Positions 35,603 to 44,981 of a DNA stretch of 64,000 nt are shown one piece after another. The position numbers and the translations under genes were made by a program. The stretch's first letter is position 1. Each line of letters starts with the position of its first letter. The stretch spans positions 265,493-329,492 of the forward strand of contig CAYZJO010000002.1 of NCBI GenBank assembly GCA_964479165.1, written 5' to 3'. The stretch is from an uncultured Dehalococcoidaceae bacterium (lineage in GTDB: Bacteria > Chloroflexota > Dehalococcoidia > UBA2979). Below the pieces are notes generated by a model. The model was given only the letters and a program-made list of their open reading frames with translations. It was not told the origin of the DNA and made no database searches.

Positions 35603-36346
35603 CTAGAAGATCGGGTTCGCACGCAGCGCCGGGACGACACCCAGCTCGTCGTCATCGCCGACGGCCTGGCGGGCTTGCTCGATAGCCGCGTCCAGCTCCT
35701 CGACGGTCACGCCGAGCGCGTCCGCGAGGGCGGCGCGGTAGGCGTTGCGGCGCTCCTCCATCGCGGCGCGACGGTCCTCGAAGGCGGCGCGGCGTTCCTC
35801 CTGTGCCGCGTCGATGGCGGCCTGGAACTCGTCGGCGGGAATGCCGAGGGCCTCGGCGAGCGCTGCGACCTGCTCGGCGCGGTAGGCCTCGATGGCAGCA
35901 CGCTCCTCGTCGGTGGGCGGAATCGAGAACTCCGGCCGCGTCTCCGGCGGGAACTGCTCTGCGACTGCCTCCAGAGCGGCGCGCAACTCGTCACGGTCGA
36001 TGTCGAACTGCTCCATCACCTCGGGCACGACGAACGGCATCCCCCAGCGGTGCAGCCGCGGGAAGCGGTGTCCGCCGGCGCCCTGGACGAACTCCATCGA
36101 CTCCGCTGGCGCGAAGGTGAAGTCCTCCGCGGCCGCGAACTCGAACGGCCCGAACGGGCCGTGCCCGAACAGGTCGAAGGTGAACTCGTCCTCGGCTGGT
36201 GCGGCCTCCTGCGCGACGTGCTCGGAACCGGCGGTCACCGACGGTTGCCCCGACGCGGCAACCAGCGTGGGCACCGCGACCGCAGCCGTGATCGCAGTGC
36301 CCGCAAGCAGGATCCCGAGTCCTTTGCTGCCTCTGATCTCCAACAT
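35603..36346 (-). CDS. secreted hypothetical protein (signal peptide, helical Ala/Glu-rich)
   Basis: Start at ATG 36344-36346 (MLEIRGSKGLGILLAGTAITAAVA). Confidence 0.4.
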   Translation of the reverse strand: MLEIRGSKGLGILLAGTAITAAVAVPTLVAASGQPSVTAGSEHVAQEAAPAEDEFTFDLFGHGPFGPFEFAAAEDFTFAPAESMEFVQGAGGHRFPRLHRWGMPFVVPEVMEQFDIDRDELRAALEAVAEQFPPETRPEFSIPPTDEERAAIEAYRAEQVAALAEALGIPADEFQAAIDAAQEERRAAFEDRRAAMEERRNAYRAALADALGVTVEELDAAIEQARQAVGDDDELGVVPALRANPIF

Positions 36347-36483
36347 GCATCCTCCTCGTTGAACCGAACGCTCGGTGGGATGCACCGACCGTACGGAGGT
36401 ACGCATAACCTCCCCGTAACGCCGCGCGAACCCGCTACCCTGCCGCGAACGCGATTGGCCGGAGGCGCACCGAGGGGACAGCG

Positions 36484-37347
36484 ATGCGACGGATCAGCGA
36501 GCACGTCTACGCCGAGATCTACTTCTGGGGCTGCAACCCCGGCTTCGTCACCACGTCCGACGGCGTGTTCATGATCGACACGCCACAGCAGCCGCTGAAC
36601 GCCGTGCAGTGGCGCGAGCGGCTGATGGAGCACGGCGTCCCGAAGTACCTCGTGAACACCGAGCCACACGGTGACCACATCTCCGGCAACTCGTACTTCC
36701 CCGGCGTCGAGGTGATCGGGCAGCGCGGGATGGCGGCGCGCTACGAGGAGGCTGTGCCGCGGATGTACTCGGCGGAGCGCGCGGAGACGATGGCCACGAC
36801 CGACCCCGACAGCGTCTGGCTCCTCAACCACCCGATGTACCCGCCGAACCCGCCCACGCGCCTCTTCGACGACGAGCTGACGATCGAGCTCGGGGGCGCG
36901 ACCGTGCGCTGCCTCCACACGCCCGGGCACACCGCGCCGCAAACAGCCGTCGTGCTCGTGGAGGAGGGCGTGGTCTTCACGGGCGACAACGTTTTCAGCC
37001 GCTGCAAGACCTTCATCCAGGAGGCCGACCCCTGGGAGTGGCTCGGGGCGCTGGCGACGATCGGGGCGCTCGACATCGAGACGATCGTTCCCGGGCACGG
37101 CGAGCCCTGCGGCAAGGACTACCTCGCGGAGCAGGCGCGCATCCTCGAGGCGTGGATCGGCGCGGTCGAGGACTTCGTGCGGCGCGGGATGACGGAGGAG
37201 GAGGCGCTGGCGCAGCCGGCGCCGGACGTCGACCCGTATCCCATCGGCCAGCGGCTGTTCCCAGCGGTCGAGCGAGTCAACCGCTCGAACGTCAGCAACC
37301 TCTACAAGCGCATCGTCGCCAGGAACGCCGCGGTCACCGGAGGCTAG
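36484..37347 (+). CDS. MBL-fold metallo-hydrolase
   Basis: HGDHISGN, TPGHT and FTGD motifs. Confidence 0.8.
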   Translation: MRRISEHVYAEIYFWGCNPGFVTTSDGVFMIDTPQQPLNAVQWRERLMEHGVPKYLVNTEPHGDHISGNSYFPGVEVIGQRGMAARYEEAVPRMYSAERAETMATTDPDSVWLLNHPMYPPNPPTRLFDDELTIELGGATVRCLHTPGHTAPQTAVVLVEEGVVFTGDNVFSRCKTFIQEADPWEWLGALATIGALDIETIVPGHGEPCGKDYLAEQARILEAWIGAVEDFVRRGMTEEEALAQPAPDVDPYPIGQRLFPAVERVNRSNVSNLYKRIVARNAAVTGG

Positions 37348-37520
37348 GTCCGGCGCGAGGGATCGTCGGGGTCGCGAGCGCTGCCCTCGGCCCGGCGACG
37401 CTCCTGCTCGGCCTTGGTGCGGCGAGCCCTGGTCCACTCGGCCAGGAACGTCAGCACGGCCATGGCGAGGCGTGCGCGCCAGAACCACACCCCGAGCCGG
37501 AGGAGGCAACCCACCGTGCG

Positions 37521-38690
37521 CTAGTCGTTCGCAGCCGGCGGCTCGTCGACGATGGACGGCCTCGAGCGGCCGTTCGAGCGGATCGCGCGCACCGCGGCGG
37601 CCGTGATCACGGCGCCCGTGACAAGCTTGCGACCCGTCGGCTCCGCTTGGAACTCCGCGATCGCATCATGCGGGACCGCTGAGACGGGCGGCGACATCGG
37701 GCCGGTTCGTTCGTCCTCGGTGATGCGTCTCGGTGTTCCGTAGCCCCCATTCGACGTTGAGCGTGCCCGGTCCACTGCGCGCCCGTCGCGCTGCTCCTCC
37801 TCAGACTCCGCGGGAGCGCCGCGATCGCCGGGGGCGATGCCCGCTTCGGCCGCCTCGTCGGGGTGGTTGTACTGGAAGAGAACTGCGTTCAGCTCCGCAC
37901 CGACCAACAGGATGATGTTGGTGAGATAGAGCCACAGCAGGAGGACGATGACGCCACCGAGCGCCCCGTAAGTCTGGTTGTAGTTCGCGAAGTTCGAGAC
38001 GTAGAAGCCGAATGCCGCGGTTGCGACCAGCCAGCCGATGACGAACAGAACGGCGCCAGGCGAGATCCAGCGGAACGGCAGCTTCGCGTTCGGGGCAGCC
38101 CAGTAGAGGAAGGCCATCCCCACGATCAAGAGCAACACGACGATCGGCCAACGCGCCAACGACAGCACGGTTTGCTGCCAGCCGCCATCGCCGAAGGTCG
38201 TCGCGAGCCGCTCGACAAAGAACTGGCCCACGACGAGCACCAGGAAGCCGCCGATGACGGCGACCGCCATGAGCAGCGTCAGCCCGAGGGCGACGAGGTT
38301 CGCTCGCCAGAACGGCCGCGTCTCCTGTACGTCGTACGCCCGGTTTATGCCCTTGATCACGGCCTTGATGCCGCCCGAGCCAGCCCAGAGCGCGGCGAGG
38401 AGGCCGACGGAGAGCAGGCCAGGCTGTGTGCTCGAGAGCAACGAGTTCAACTGTCCTTCGATGACGCTGCGCGCGTCGGCAGGCAGCGTGTCGAGTCCCA
38501 TCGCCATGAGCTCGGCGGTGGGGTCCTCGACGCCGCTCGCCTGCGCAAACATGCTGCCTGCGGCGGCGATGACGATGAACATCGGGAAGAGCGCGAACAG
38601 GAAGCGATACGACATCTCGGCCGCGAGGCCTGTCACGTCATCCTGCATCGACTCCTGAACGACGCGCTTCCCGATGTCGAGCGCGCTCAT
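37521..38690 (-). CDS. YihY/BrkB-family membrane protein
   Basis: AAEMSYRFLFALFPMFIVIAA... with a multi-TM profile. Confidence 0.8.
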   Translation of the reverse strand: MSALDIGKRVVQESMQDDVTGLAAEMSYRFLFALFPMFIVIAAAGSMFAQASGVEDPTAELMAMGLDTLPADARSVIEGQLNSLLSSTQPGLLSVGLLAALWAGSGGIKAVIKGINRAYDVQETRPFWRANLVALGLTLLMAVAVIGGFLVLVVGQFFVERLATTFGDGGWQQTVLSLARWPIVVLLLIVGMAFLYWAAPNAKLPFRWISPGAVLFVIGWLVATAAFGFYVSNFANYNQTYGALGGVIVLLLWLYLTNIILLVGAELNAVLFQYNHPDEAAEAGIAPGDRGAPAESEEEQRDGRAVDRARSTSNGGYGTPRRITEDERTGPMSPPVSAVPHDAIAEFQAEPTGRKLVTGAVITAAAVRAIRSNGRSRPSIVDEPPAAND

Positions 38691-39268
38691 CAGCCCGCCT
38701 GATCCGGACGCGACGGATCCGAACCACTGGGGCCCGGACGAGCGCCTGCGGCGGCGGGCATCTGGCCTTCGGGGTGCTCCCCGCTCCGCTGAGACTGCCC
38801 GCTGCCGGACAGTCCGGCCAGCGCGGATGAGACGAACTCCTGGAGCTGGTCCTGGATTGGACCGAGGATGGCTACGGTCGCGGGTCCGGTCAGGCGGCTG
38901 ATCATTCCGGAGATGGCGCCATTGCTCGAGCTTTCGTCAGTACGCTGGTGGTTCATGCGCCCATCGTACGGGCCTCGCCCGTCGGACGAGCCATTACCAC
39001 GGATACTGACCGACTCGCTGAGCATGCCCAGCCCGATGCCAGCCGCGAGCCCCGCGGCCACCGTGGTAAGCGGACGCTGCTCCACCTGCCGCTCGATCTG
39101 GTGGCGTCCTGGAAGGCTGTCCACCACCGTGCTCGTGCGCTCGCGCGAGGCAGTTCGGGCCGCGGAGATGTCGTCCTTGACCCGCGCCTCAAGCCGGGTG
39201 AGCTTCTGCTCGATCAGTCGCCGCTGCTCGTGGACGCGCTGCTCGGCCTTGTCTGCTGCCGAAGCCAT
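38690..39268 (-). CDS. DUF3618/YqjD-like membrane-anchored coiled-coil protein
   Basis: N-terminal coiled coil, one TM (LTTVAAGLAAGIGLGML). Confidence 0.45.
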   Translation of the reverse strand: MASAADKAEQRVHEQRRLIEQKLTRLEARVKDDISAARTASRERTSTVVDSLPGRHQIERQVEQRPLTTVAAGLAAGIGLGMLSESVSIRGNGSSDGRGPYDGRMNHQRTDESSSNGAISGMISRLTGPATVAILGPIQDQLQEFVSSALAGLSGSGQSQRSGEHPEGQMPAAAGARPGPSGSDPSRPDQAG

Positions 39269-39711
39269 TTGATGTCCTCTCGCAAGGACCGGGCGGTGCG
39301 AGTGCCCGGGGTGACAATCTTGTTGATGTGAGAACGGCTGAGCATCGCCGCGATACCGCCGAGCAGCAGCAAGACCGCGGTCACGATCAGTGCGGACGCC
39401 CAGAGTTCGAGCACGAGGTCCAGCGCAAGCATCGCGCTCACGGCGACGAAAATGAGGCCCACGTGCCCCAGCAGCGCCGCGGCGCCCCCGAACATCGCGC
39501 CCTTGCTCGCGTGTTCCGCCGCGTCCGCGACTTCCGCGCGCGCAAGCTCCGCCTCGCGCTTCGCGAGTTCCTGCAGGTCACCGGTGATGTCGCCGGCTGC
39601 ACCGAGCAGTCGCTGCGCCTCCACGCGTCCTCGACGGAGGTCAGCACGGATTCCGCCTGTGGCTGCCCGCATGTTCTCCCGTGTGCTGGTGCGGGTTTCG
39701 GTGAGGGCCAT
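39214..39711 (-). CDS. putative Actinobacterial Holin-X-like (holin superfamily III) membrane protein
   Basis: Two TM segments after an N-terminal amphipathic region (LQELAKREAELARAEV). From memory of PF07332. Confidence 0.45.
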   Translation of the reverse strand: MALTETRTSTRENMRAATGGIRADLRRGRVEAQRLLGAAGDITGDLQELAKREAELARAEVADAAEHASKGAMFGGAAALLGHVGLIFVAVSAMLALDLVLELWASALIVTAVLLLLGGIAAMLSRSHINKIVTPGTRTARSLREDIKWLRQQTRPSSASTSSGD

Positions 39712-39716
39712 CTTCG

Positions 39717-40283
39717 CTACCTCAGCACGCGCCCGATGACGAAGCCCGCAACGATGGCTGCGGCGACCCCCTGCATCGGGTGTTCGCGGACGTAGGCCTC
39801 GATGTCGCTGCTCATGTCCGAAGCGCTGTGCTCGCGCAGGTAGCCGGCGGTGCGCTCCATGCTCATCGCGGCCTTTTCCGCCAACTCGCCCGTCGTCCCG
39901 TCGCTGGCGGCACGCTCCCGCAGCTGCTCCGCGACGCTCTCAAGACCGGAAGAGGCCTGCTCGCGCCCACGCTCCTCCATCTCCCGCGCACGCACTCCGA
40001 CGTTTCCCGCGGCTTCCCTGGCCTGGTCGGTCATCTCGTCGGCGCGCTCGCGTGCCTGATCGGCCATCTCGCCGGCCCGCTCGCGAGCCTGATCAGCCAT
40101 GTCGCTCGCCTGCTCGCGGGCCTGGTCCGCCAGGCCGCGTACCTGCTCACCCGTCCCGTCAGCGCCGTTCTGTCTCCCGTCGCGCACCGCCGACGAGTCG
40201 GAGCTGTAGTCGGGCGGGTTCTTCACCTCGTCTTCGAGACGCACGCCGGGCTGCCGTTCCATCGGATCCATCGGCTGAGTCAT
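39717..40283 (-). CDS. ElaB/YqjD/DUF883-like stress protein with (M/T)DQARE(R/Q)A repeats and a C-terminal TM
   Basis: ADQAREQASDMADQARERAGEMADQARERADEMTDQAREAAG. C-terminal MQGVAAAIVAGFVIGRVL. Confidence 0.5.
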   Translation of the reverse strand: MTQPMDPMERQPGVRLEDEVKNPPDYSSDSSAVRDGRQNGADGTGEQVRGLADQAREQASDMADQARERAGEMADQARERADEMTDQAREAAGNVGVRAREMEERGREQASSGLESVAEQLRERAASDGTTGELAEKAAMSMERTAGYLREHSASDMSSDIEAYVREHPMQGVAAAIVAGFVIGRVLR

Positions 40284-40577
40284 CGTCAGTCCTCCTCAGT
40301 CTCGGATTGCCCCGCACGGCGCACGCAACAATCCGCCATGGCCGGGACGAGCTTGAGAGCCTTGCCCCCTGGGTCGGGTATCACCCTATGTCGAGTGGTG
40401 TTGCCATCGAGTAACGCGAGAAAAGCGCCCCCTACGGATTCGTCACAACGCCACGCGCGTACTGCGCGACTGTTTGACGGAAGAGTAGTAACGACGGTCC
40501 CGCCGTTATGCGGGGGCGTCGGGGTGGTGCGTACCGTGCGACCACGACGCGTGCGACCAAGCAGGGAGGCAATCGCG

Positions 40578-41561
40578 ATGGTAAGCATCGGCTACGCGCT
40601 ATCGAGCGAAGAACACACGGCCCCGGATCTCGTCCGCTACGCGAAGGGCGCCGAGGACGCCGGCTTCTCGTTCGCGCTGATCTCCGACCACTTCCACCCA
40701 TGGATCGACCGGCAGGGCCAAAGCCCATTCGTGTGGTCGACCCTCGGCGCTATCGCTCACGCAACGGAGCGTCTGATCGTGGGCACCGGCGTCACTTGTC
40801 CCACGATCCGCACGCACCCTGCCATCATCGCCCAGGCGGCGGCGACGATGGGCCAGTTGATGCCCGGCCGCTTCTTCCTCGGAGTCGGCTCTGGCGAGAA
40901 TCTGAACGAGCACGTTATCGGCGAGTACTGGCCGACCACCGAGGTGCGCCAGGAAATGCTCGACGAGGCGATCGAGGTCATGCGCCTCCTCTGGGAAGGC
41001 GAACTCACGAGTCACCGCGGCGACTACTACGTCGTCGAACAGGCGCGCATCTACAGCCTCCCTGATCACCCCGTGCCGATCATGGTGGCGGCGGGCGGAC
41101 CGAGCGCGGCCGCCCTCGCGGCGCGCTCCGGGGATGGCCTGATAGCGACCTCGCCCTCCGAAGAGACCGTGCAAACGTATCGAGACGAGGGTGGGGACGG
41201 ACCGCGCATCGGCTCGCTGACGCTCTGCTGGGCGGAGACCGAGGCCGCCGCTCGCAAGACCGCCCTCGAGTGGTGGCCGAACGCCGCGATCGGCGGAAAC
41301 CTCGGACAGGAGCTACGCCTGCCGAGTGAGTTCGAAGCCGCGGCGCAACTCGTGAGGGAGGAGGACGTCGCAGAGATCGTTCCCTGTGGTCCGGACCCCG
41401 GGCCCGTCCTCGAAGCGCTCGAGGATTACATCAATGCGGGGTTCGACCACATCTTCATGCACCAGGTCGGCCCCGATCAGGAGGGGTTCTTCCGCTTCTA
41501 CGAGCGTGAGCTGGCGTCTAAGTTGGCGCCCGCCCCGCCGCAGTTGGCCAACGTGGCCTGA
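40578..41561 (+). CDS. LLM-class F420-dependent oxidoreductase
   Basis: ATG 40578 with RBS AGGGAGG. MVSIGYALSSEEH...FSFALISDHFHPW...GVGSGENLNEHV. The track ORF from 39780 is an upstream artefact. Confidence 0.8.
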   Translation: MVSIGYALSSEEHTAPDLVRYAKGAEDAGFSFALISDHFHPWIDRQGQSPFVWSTLGAIAHATERLIVGTGVTCPTIRTHPAIIAQAAATMGQLMPGRFFLGVGSGENLNEHVIGEYWPTTEVRQEMLDEAIEVMRLLWEGELTSHRGDYYVVEQARIYSLPDHPVPIMVAAGGPSAAALAARSGDGLIATSPSEETVQTYRDEGGDGPRIGSLTLCWAETEAAARKTALEWWPNAAIGGNLGQELRLPSEFEAAAQLVREEDVAEIVPCGPDPGPVLEALEDYINAGFDHIFMHQVGPDQEGFFRFYERELASKLAPAPPQLANVA

Positions 41562-41574
41562 CTCGAGCTCCGCG

Positions 41575-42267
41575 CTATTGATCGAGCGCCTCCACGTGGA
41601 GGCGCTCTTCCACTTCGACCACGCCGGGCACGCGAGCAGCGACCTCTTCCGCGGCTTCGACGTCGTGAAGGTCGTCGACGCGACCCTCGAGGATGACTAC
41701 GCCGCGCGCCACGGTGACTTCGATCTGCAGATGAGTGGTCGCGCTATCTTCGAGGAGTTCACGCAGCACGGCGTCGCGAATGGCGCCATCGCCGATCTGG
41801 CCGTCGGTGGAACGGGCGACCTCAACCGAGTCCATGGAACTGAGCTGCAGCCCCCCGATCACCTCGTCGCAGCGGCGGACCGGGTCGATGGGGGGTACAT
41901 AGATGGCCGACCCGTCGGCTACTTTGTCGTCTTCGATGCTGCCGCTCGGACCGACCGCCTCGTCCGGGGAGCGCAGGATTCGCTGATCGGAGAAGTCGCC
42001 CGGCTCGACGGCGTCGTCCGAAAGTGCCGCGCCGAGTTCCGATACTCCTCCACCGAGATCGTCGGGCAGGTCGCCGAGGACCTCGATGGCGTCAACGACC
42101 GCCATCTCGCCCGCCATCGAACGCGCCACATCCAGGGCAGCGACGCGCTGCGCATCGGTGTTGACGATGCCGCTCACGACGACGCCGGCCTCATCCCGCT
42201 GTACCGCAAGGATGAGGCCGGCCACCTCTTCGATCGCGCGAGCGATGGCTTCCGTTGCTTCACTCAC
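41575..42267 (-). CDS. BON-domain protein (two BON domains)
   Basis: 230 aa, acidic, with a duplicated VxVxGxVx.....A.......GV..V pattern. Confidence 0.65.
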   Translation of the reverse strand: MSEATEAIARAIEEVAGLILAVQRDEAGVVVSGIVNTDAQRVAALDVARSMAGEMAVVDAIEVLGDLPDDLGGGVSELGAALSDDAVEPGDFSDQRILRSPDEAVGPSGSIEDDKVADGSAIYVPPIDPVRRCDEVIGGLQLSSMDSVEVARSTDGQIGDGAIRDAVLRELLEDSATTHLQIEVTVARGVVILEGRVDDLHDVEAAEEVAARVPGVVEVEERLHVEALDQ

Positions 42268-42294
42268 CGCGATCTCCGTTCACTCGATGGCGGA

Positions 42295-42927
42295 CTAGAG
42301 GTCCGGCCGCCGGTTCGGGTCGTTGGTGACGCTGCTGCGGTTACCCGTCAGTCCGCCGGGTTCATTGTTCAGCAGGCTGTCGCCGTTCGAGGGATTGCCG
42401 CCCGACCGGGCGCCGCCGGTCGCTTCGGCGTCCTCGAGGCTTCCCTTGCCGCGGGTGTGGCCGCCCGGCGCGTCCGGATTCTCCAGTTCGCCGCGCCAGG
42501 CGCCGGTCTCGCTACCGCGCCCCTCGATGTACTCCTTGAACCGCTCCAGATCGCCGGCGACGCGCCGCTCGACGAATCCGAGGGCGTCCCCAATGTTCTC
42601 CAGGAGACCCTCGGGCTGGTAGCTCATCTCCAAGTGCACCCGCGTCTGTGCATCGTTGATCGGCTCGAAGGTCACCCAGCCCGCGTTCTCCTCGCCGACC
42701 GTGGAATTCCAGACGATCTTCTCGTCCGGCACCTGCTCACGGATTTCGGCTTCCCATTCCTGGACGCGCCCGCCGATATCGGCGCGCCAGAAGAGATGAC
42801 GGTCGTCGAGCTGACGAACTTCCTCGACGCCTTCCATGAACCGTGGGAATTCCTCGAACTGCGTCCACTGGTTGTATGCAGTTCGCACGGGCACATCCAC
42901 AACCATGTCACGAGCAACTCTGGCCAT
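42295..42927 (-). CDS. SRPBCC-family (polyketide cyclase/dehydrase-like) protein
   Basis: VPVRTAYNQWTQFEEFPRFMEGVEEVRQLDDRHLFWRADIGG. Confidence 0.7.
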   Translation of the reverse strand: MARVARDMVVDVPVRTAYNQWTQFEEFPRFMEGVEEVRQLDDRHLFWRADIGGRVQEWEAEIREQVPDEKIVWNSTVGEENAGWVTFEPINDAQTRVHLEMSYQPEGLLENIGDALGFVERRVAGDLERFKEYIEGRGSETGAWRGELENPDAPGGHTRGKGSLEDAEATGGARSGGNPSNGDSLLNNEPGGLTGNRSSVTNDPNRRPDL

Positions 42928-43125
42928 GATTCCCTCCTCCTGGAGTGACCTCGGTGAAATCCGACTACCCGGGCGGCGCGCATGAGGTCGCTGGGGTGAA
43001 GCCGGTTCGCCTTTGGACTTTAGGAATGAGGCCGTAGAGAACGCGCGAAGGGGGTGAAGGGCGCGTTACGGAATCGTAGAGGATCGGGTGCGGAGCCCGA
43101 TCGCGGAGCGCGAAGGGTCCCGCCG

Positions 43126-43485
43126 CTAGTTGTGTTCCGTGAGGGTTCGGACGCGCGCGATCAGCCGGTCGAGGTCGAACGGCTTCTCAAGTGCGGCGTC
43201 GGCGCCCAGTTCGCGCATCGCCTGTCGCGCGCCTACGGCGGATAGCACGAGGACGGGCATCTCCCATCCGCGTTTGCGCACCTCGCGGAACAACTCGCGT
43301 CCGTCCATGACGGGCATGGCGAGGTCAAGGACGAGCGCGTCCGGTTCGAGGCCGTCCTCCAGCAGGTGGAGGGCCTCCAGGCCGTTGTTCGCCACGCTGA
43401 CCGTGAAGTCCTCTTCGCGCAGGGTCTCGGCGACGATGTAACTGACCGCCTTGTCGTCTTCAACGACGAGCACCTTGGCTCCCAT
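43126..43485 (-). CDS. single-domain response regulator (receiver only)
   Basis: Start at ATG 43483-43485. MGAKVLVVEDDKAV...LVLDLAMPVMDG...VLVLSAVG.... Confidence 0.75.
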   Translation of the reverse strand: MGAKVLVVEDDKAVSYIVAETLREEDFTVSVANNGLEALHLLEDGLEPDALVLDLAMPVMDGRELFREVRKRGWEMPVLVLSAVGARQAMRELGADAALEKPFDLDRLIARVRTLTEHN

Positions 43486-43761
43486 GTCCTCCGGCGTTTC
43501 CTTACCCGAATGTTGGGCCGATGGACTTCGTTCCGCATCGCCTCCTGCGAGCGGTGCTCCCTCTGTCTCCGCGCCCCGGGTACGTGCCGGGCTACCCACC
43601 CGCGGAACGCTGCCATTCCGCAGTCGCCCGAACACGGCGCCTCGCGGCCAGACAATTCGATGATTCGCCCGCGAGCGGCCACGGGCGAGCGTGCGAGGTC
43701 GTCCATAAGGCGAGCGCTGGTATCTCCTGACCGGTACTCGCACCACTCCGCCCTTCGCCCT

Positions 43762-44835
43762 TCAGTCTGATCCCTGGCCCGAAGCCGCGAAGACCCCGCG
43801 CGCATCGAGGAACTCGTTCACGGCGGCGAGAAACTCATCCTCGGCGTCGATGAACGGATCTGGCCCGCCCGCGGACAGCTGGTGGGTCTCAACGCTCCGA
43901 GGTGCGGCCGGAACACTGCTGCCGCCGCCCGAGGCGCTCCGGATCACGAGCACGGGGGCCGTGATGCCCTCGGCGCGGCCCTCCAGGTCGAGCGGGCGCC
44001 ACTGCATCACCGCGGCGGCATCCGCTCTTGGCTGCAGTCCCCCACGCACCTCTCGTAGTCGCGCGCCCGCGAGTGACCACAGCGCCCAGTCCGGGGCGGA
44101 GGGCGAGTTGCGCCGCAGGATGTCGACGTACTCCTGTGCCGACCCGAAGACTCGAGTGGCCACGGCCGCCACTTCGCGTTCCGCCCGCGCATCGCGCAGG
44201 CCGCTCGCGACGACGGCGCTTGGCCTGTCACCGTTGGCTGCCGCGTACCCGAGGGCGTGGTGGGCCCCCATCGAATGACCAACGAGGATCGGCCGCTCAA
44301 GCTCGAGTGCATCGATCAGGGCGCCGAGATCCGCGATGTGGTCATCGGCGGAGTATGAGCCTCCCTTGGCGTGCGAGTCGCCATGTCCCCGCTGATCCGG
44401 CGCGATGATGTGGAAACGGCCCTGGAAGTGGGCTGCCACCCGCTGCCAATCCGCGGCGCATCCGCCGAGGCCGTGCAGCAGCACCATCGGTCGCGCACCT
44501 TCGTGCGGCCACTCGAGGTAGTGCATCGTGACGCCGGTCGCGAGCGAGACGTCCCGTTCATGCGGCCGGTCGATCGTGCCCGACTCCGCGACGGCGTCTG
44601 GATCGTCGGAGTCGGTCGCGACGAACGGCCCGGGGGCGATCGGTGTTTCCATCACCAGGCGAAGGTCGCCCTCGGCGTTCTCGCGGGCGTAGCCGTACTT
44701 CGCCTGCAGGAGCGCAACGAGAGCCTCCTGCTCCCCGTGCGTGTCGTCCAGCTCGTCCTCGGAGAGGGCGGGCCAGCGGTTGTGGAGGCGATCACGGACG
44801 GCGGGCCAATCGCTCCGACGCGCTTCGGTGGACAT
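43762..44835 (-). CDS. CsbD-like domain fused to an alpha/beta hydrolase
   Basis: Start at ATG 44833-44835 with RBS GAGGAGGGG. N-terminal WPAVRDRLHNRWPALSEDELDDTHGEQEALVALLQAKYGYARENAEGDL (CsbD-like), then MVLLHGLGG...VGHSMGA. Confidence 0.7.
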   Translation of the reverse strand: MSTEARRSDWPAVRDRLHNRWPALSEDELDDTHGEQEALVALLQAKYGYARENAEGDLRLVMETPIAPGPFVATDSDDPDAVAESGTIDRPHERDVSLATGVTMHYLEWPHEGARPMVLLHGLGGCAADWQRVAAHFQGRFHIIAPDQRGHGDSHAKGGSYSADDHIADLGALIDALELERPILVGHSMGAHHALGYAAANGDRPSAVVASGLRDARAEREVAAVATRVFGSAQEYVDILRRNSPSAPDWALWSLAGARLREVRGGLQPRADAAAVMQWRPLDLEGRAEGITAPVLVIRSASGGGSSVPAAPRSVETHQLSAGGPDPFIDAEDEFLAAVNEFLDARGVFAASGQGSD

Positions 44836-44981
44836 ACGCCATCCCCTCCTCATAGTCCGACGCGCTCTCATAGTCCGACGCGCTCCTCTCCAACGAGCCT
44901 AGATAAGCACGCGCCTTTGCCGCGTAACGCGTCCACAGAGGGGGTTGCAGCCATGTTGCAGAGACACCCACGCCCGCGGGG

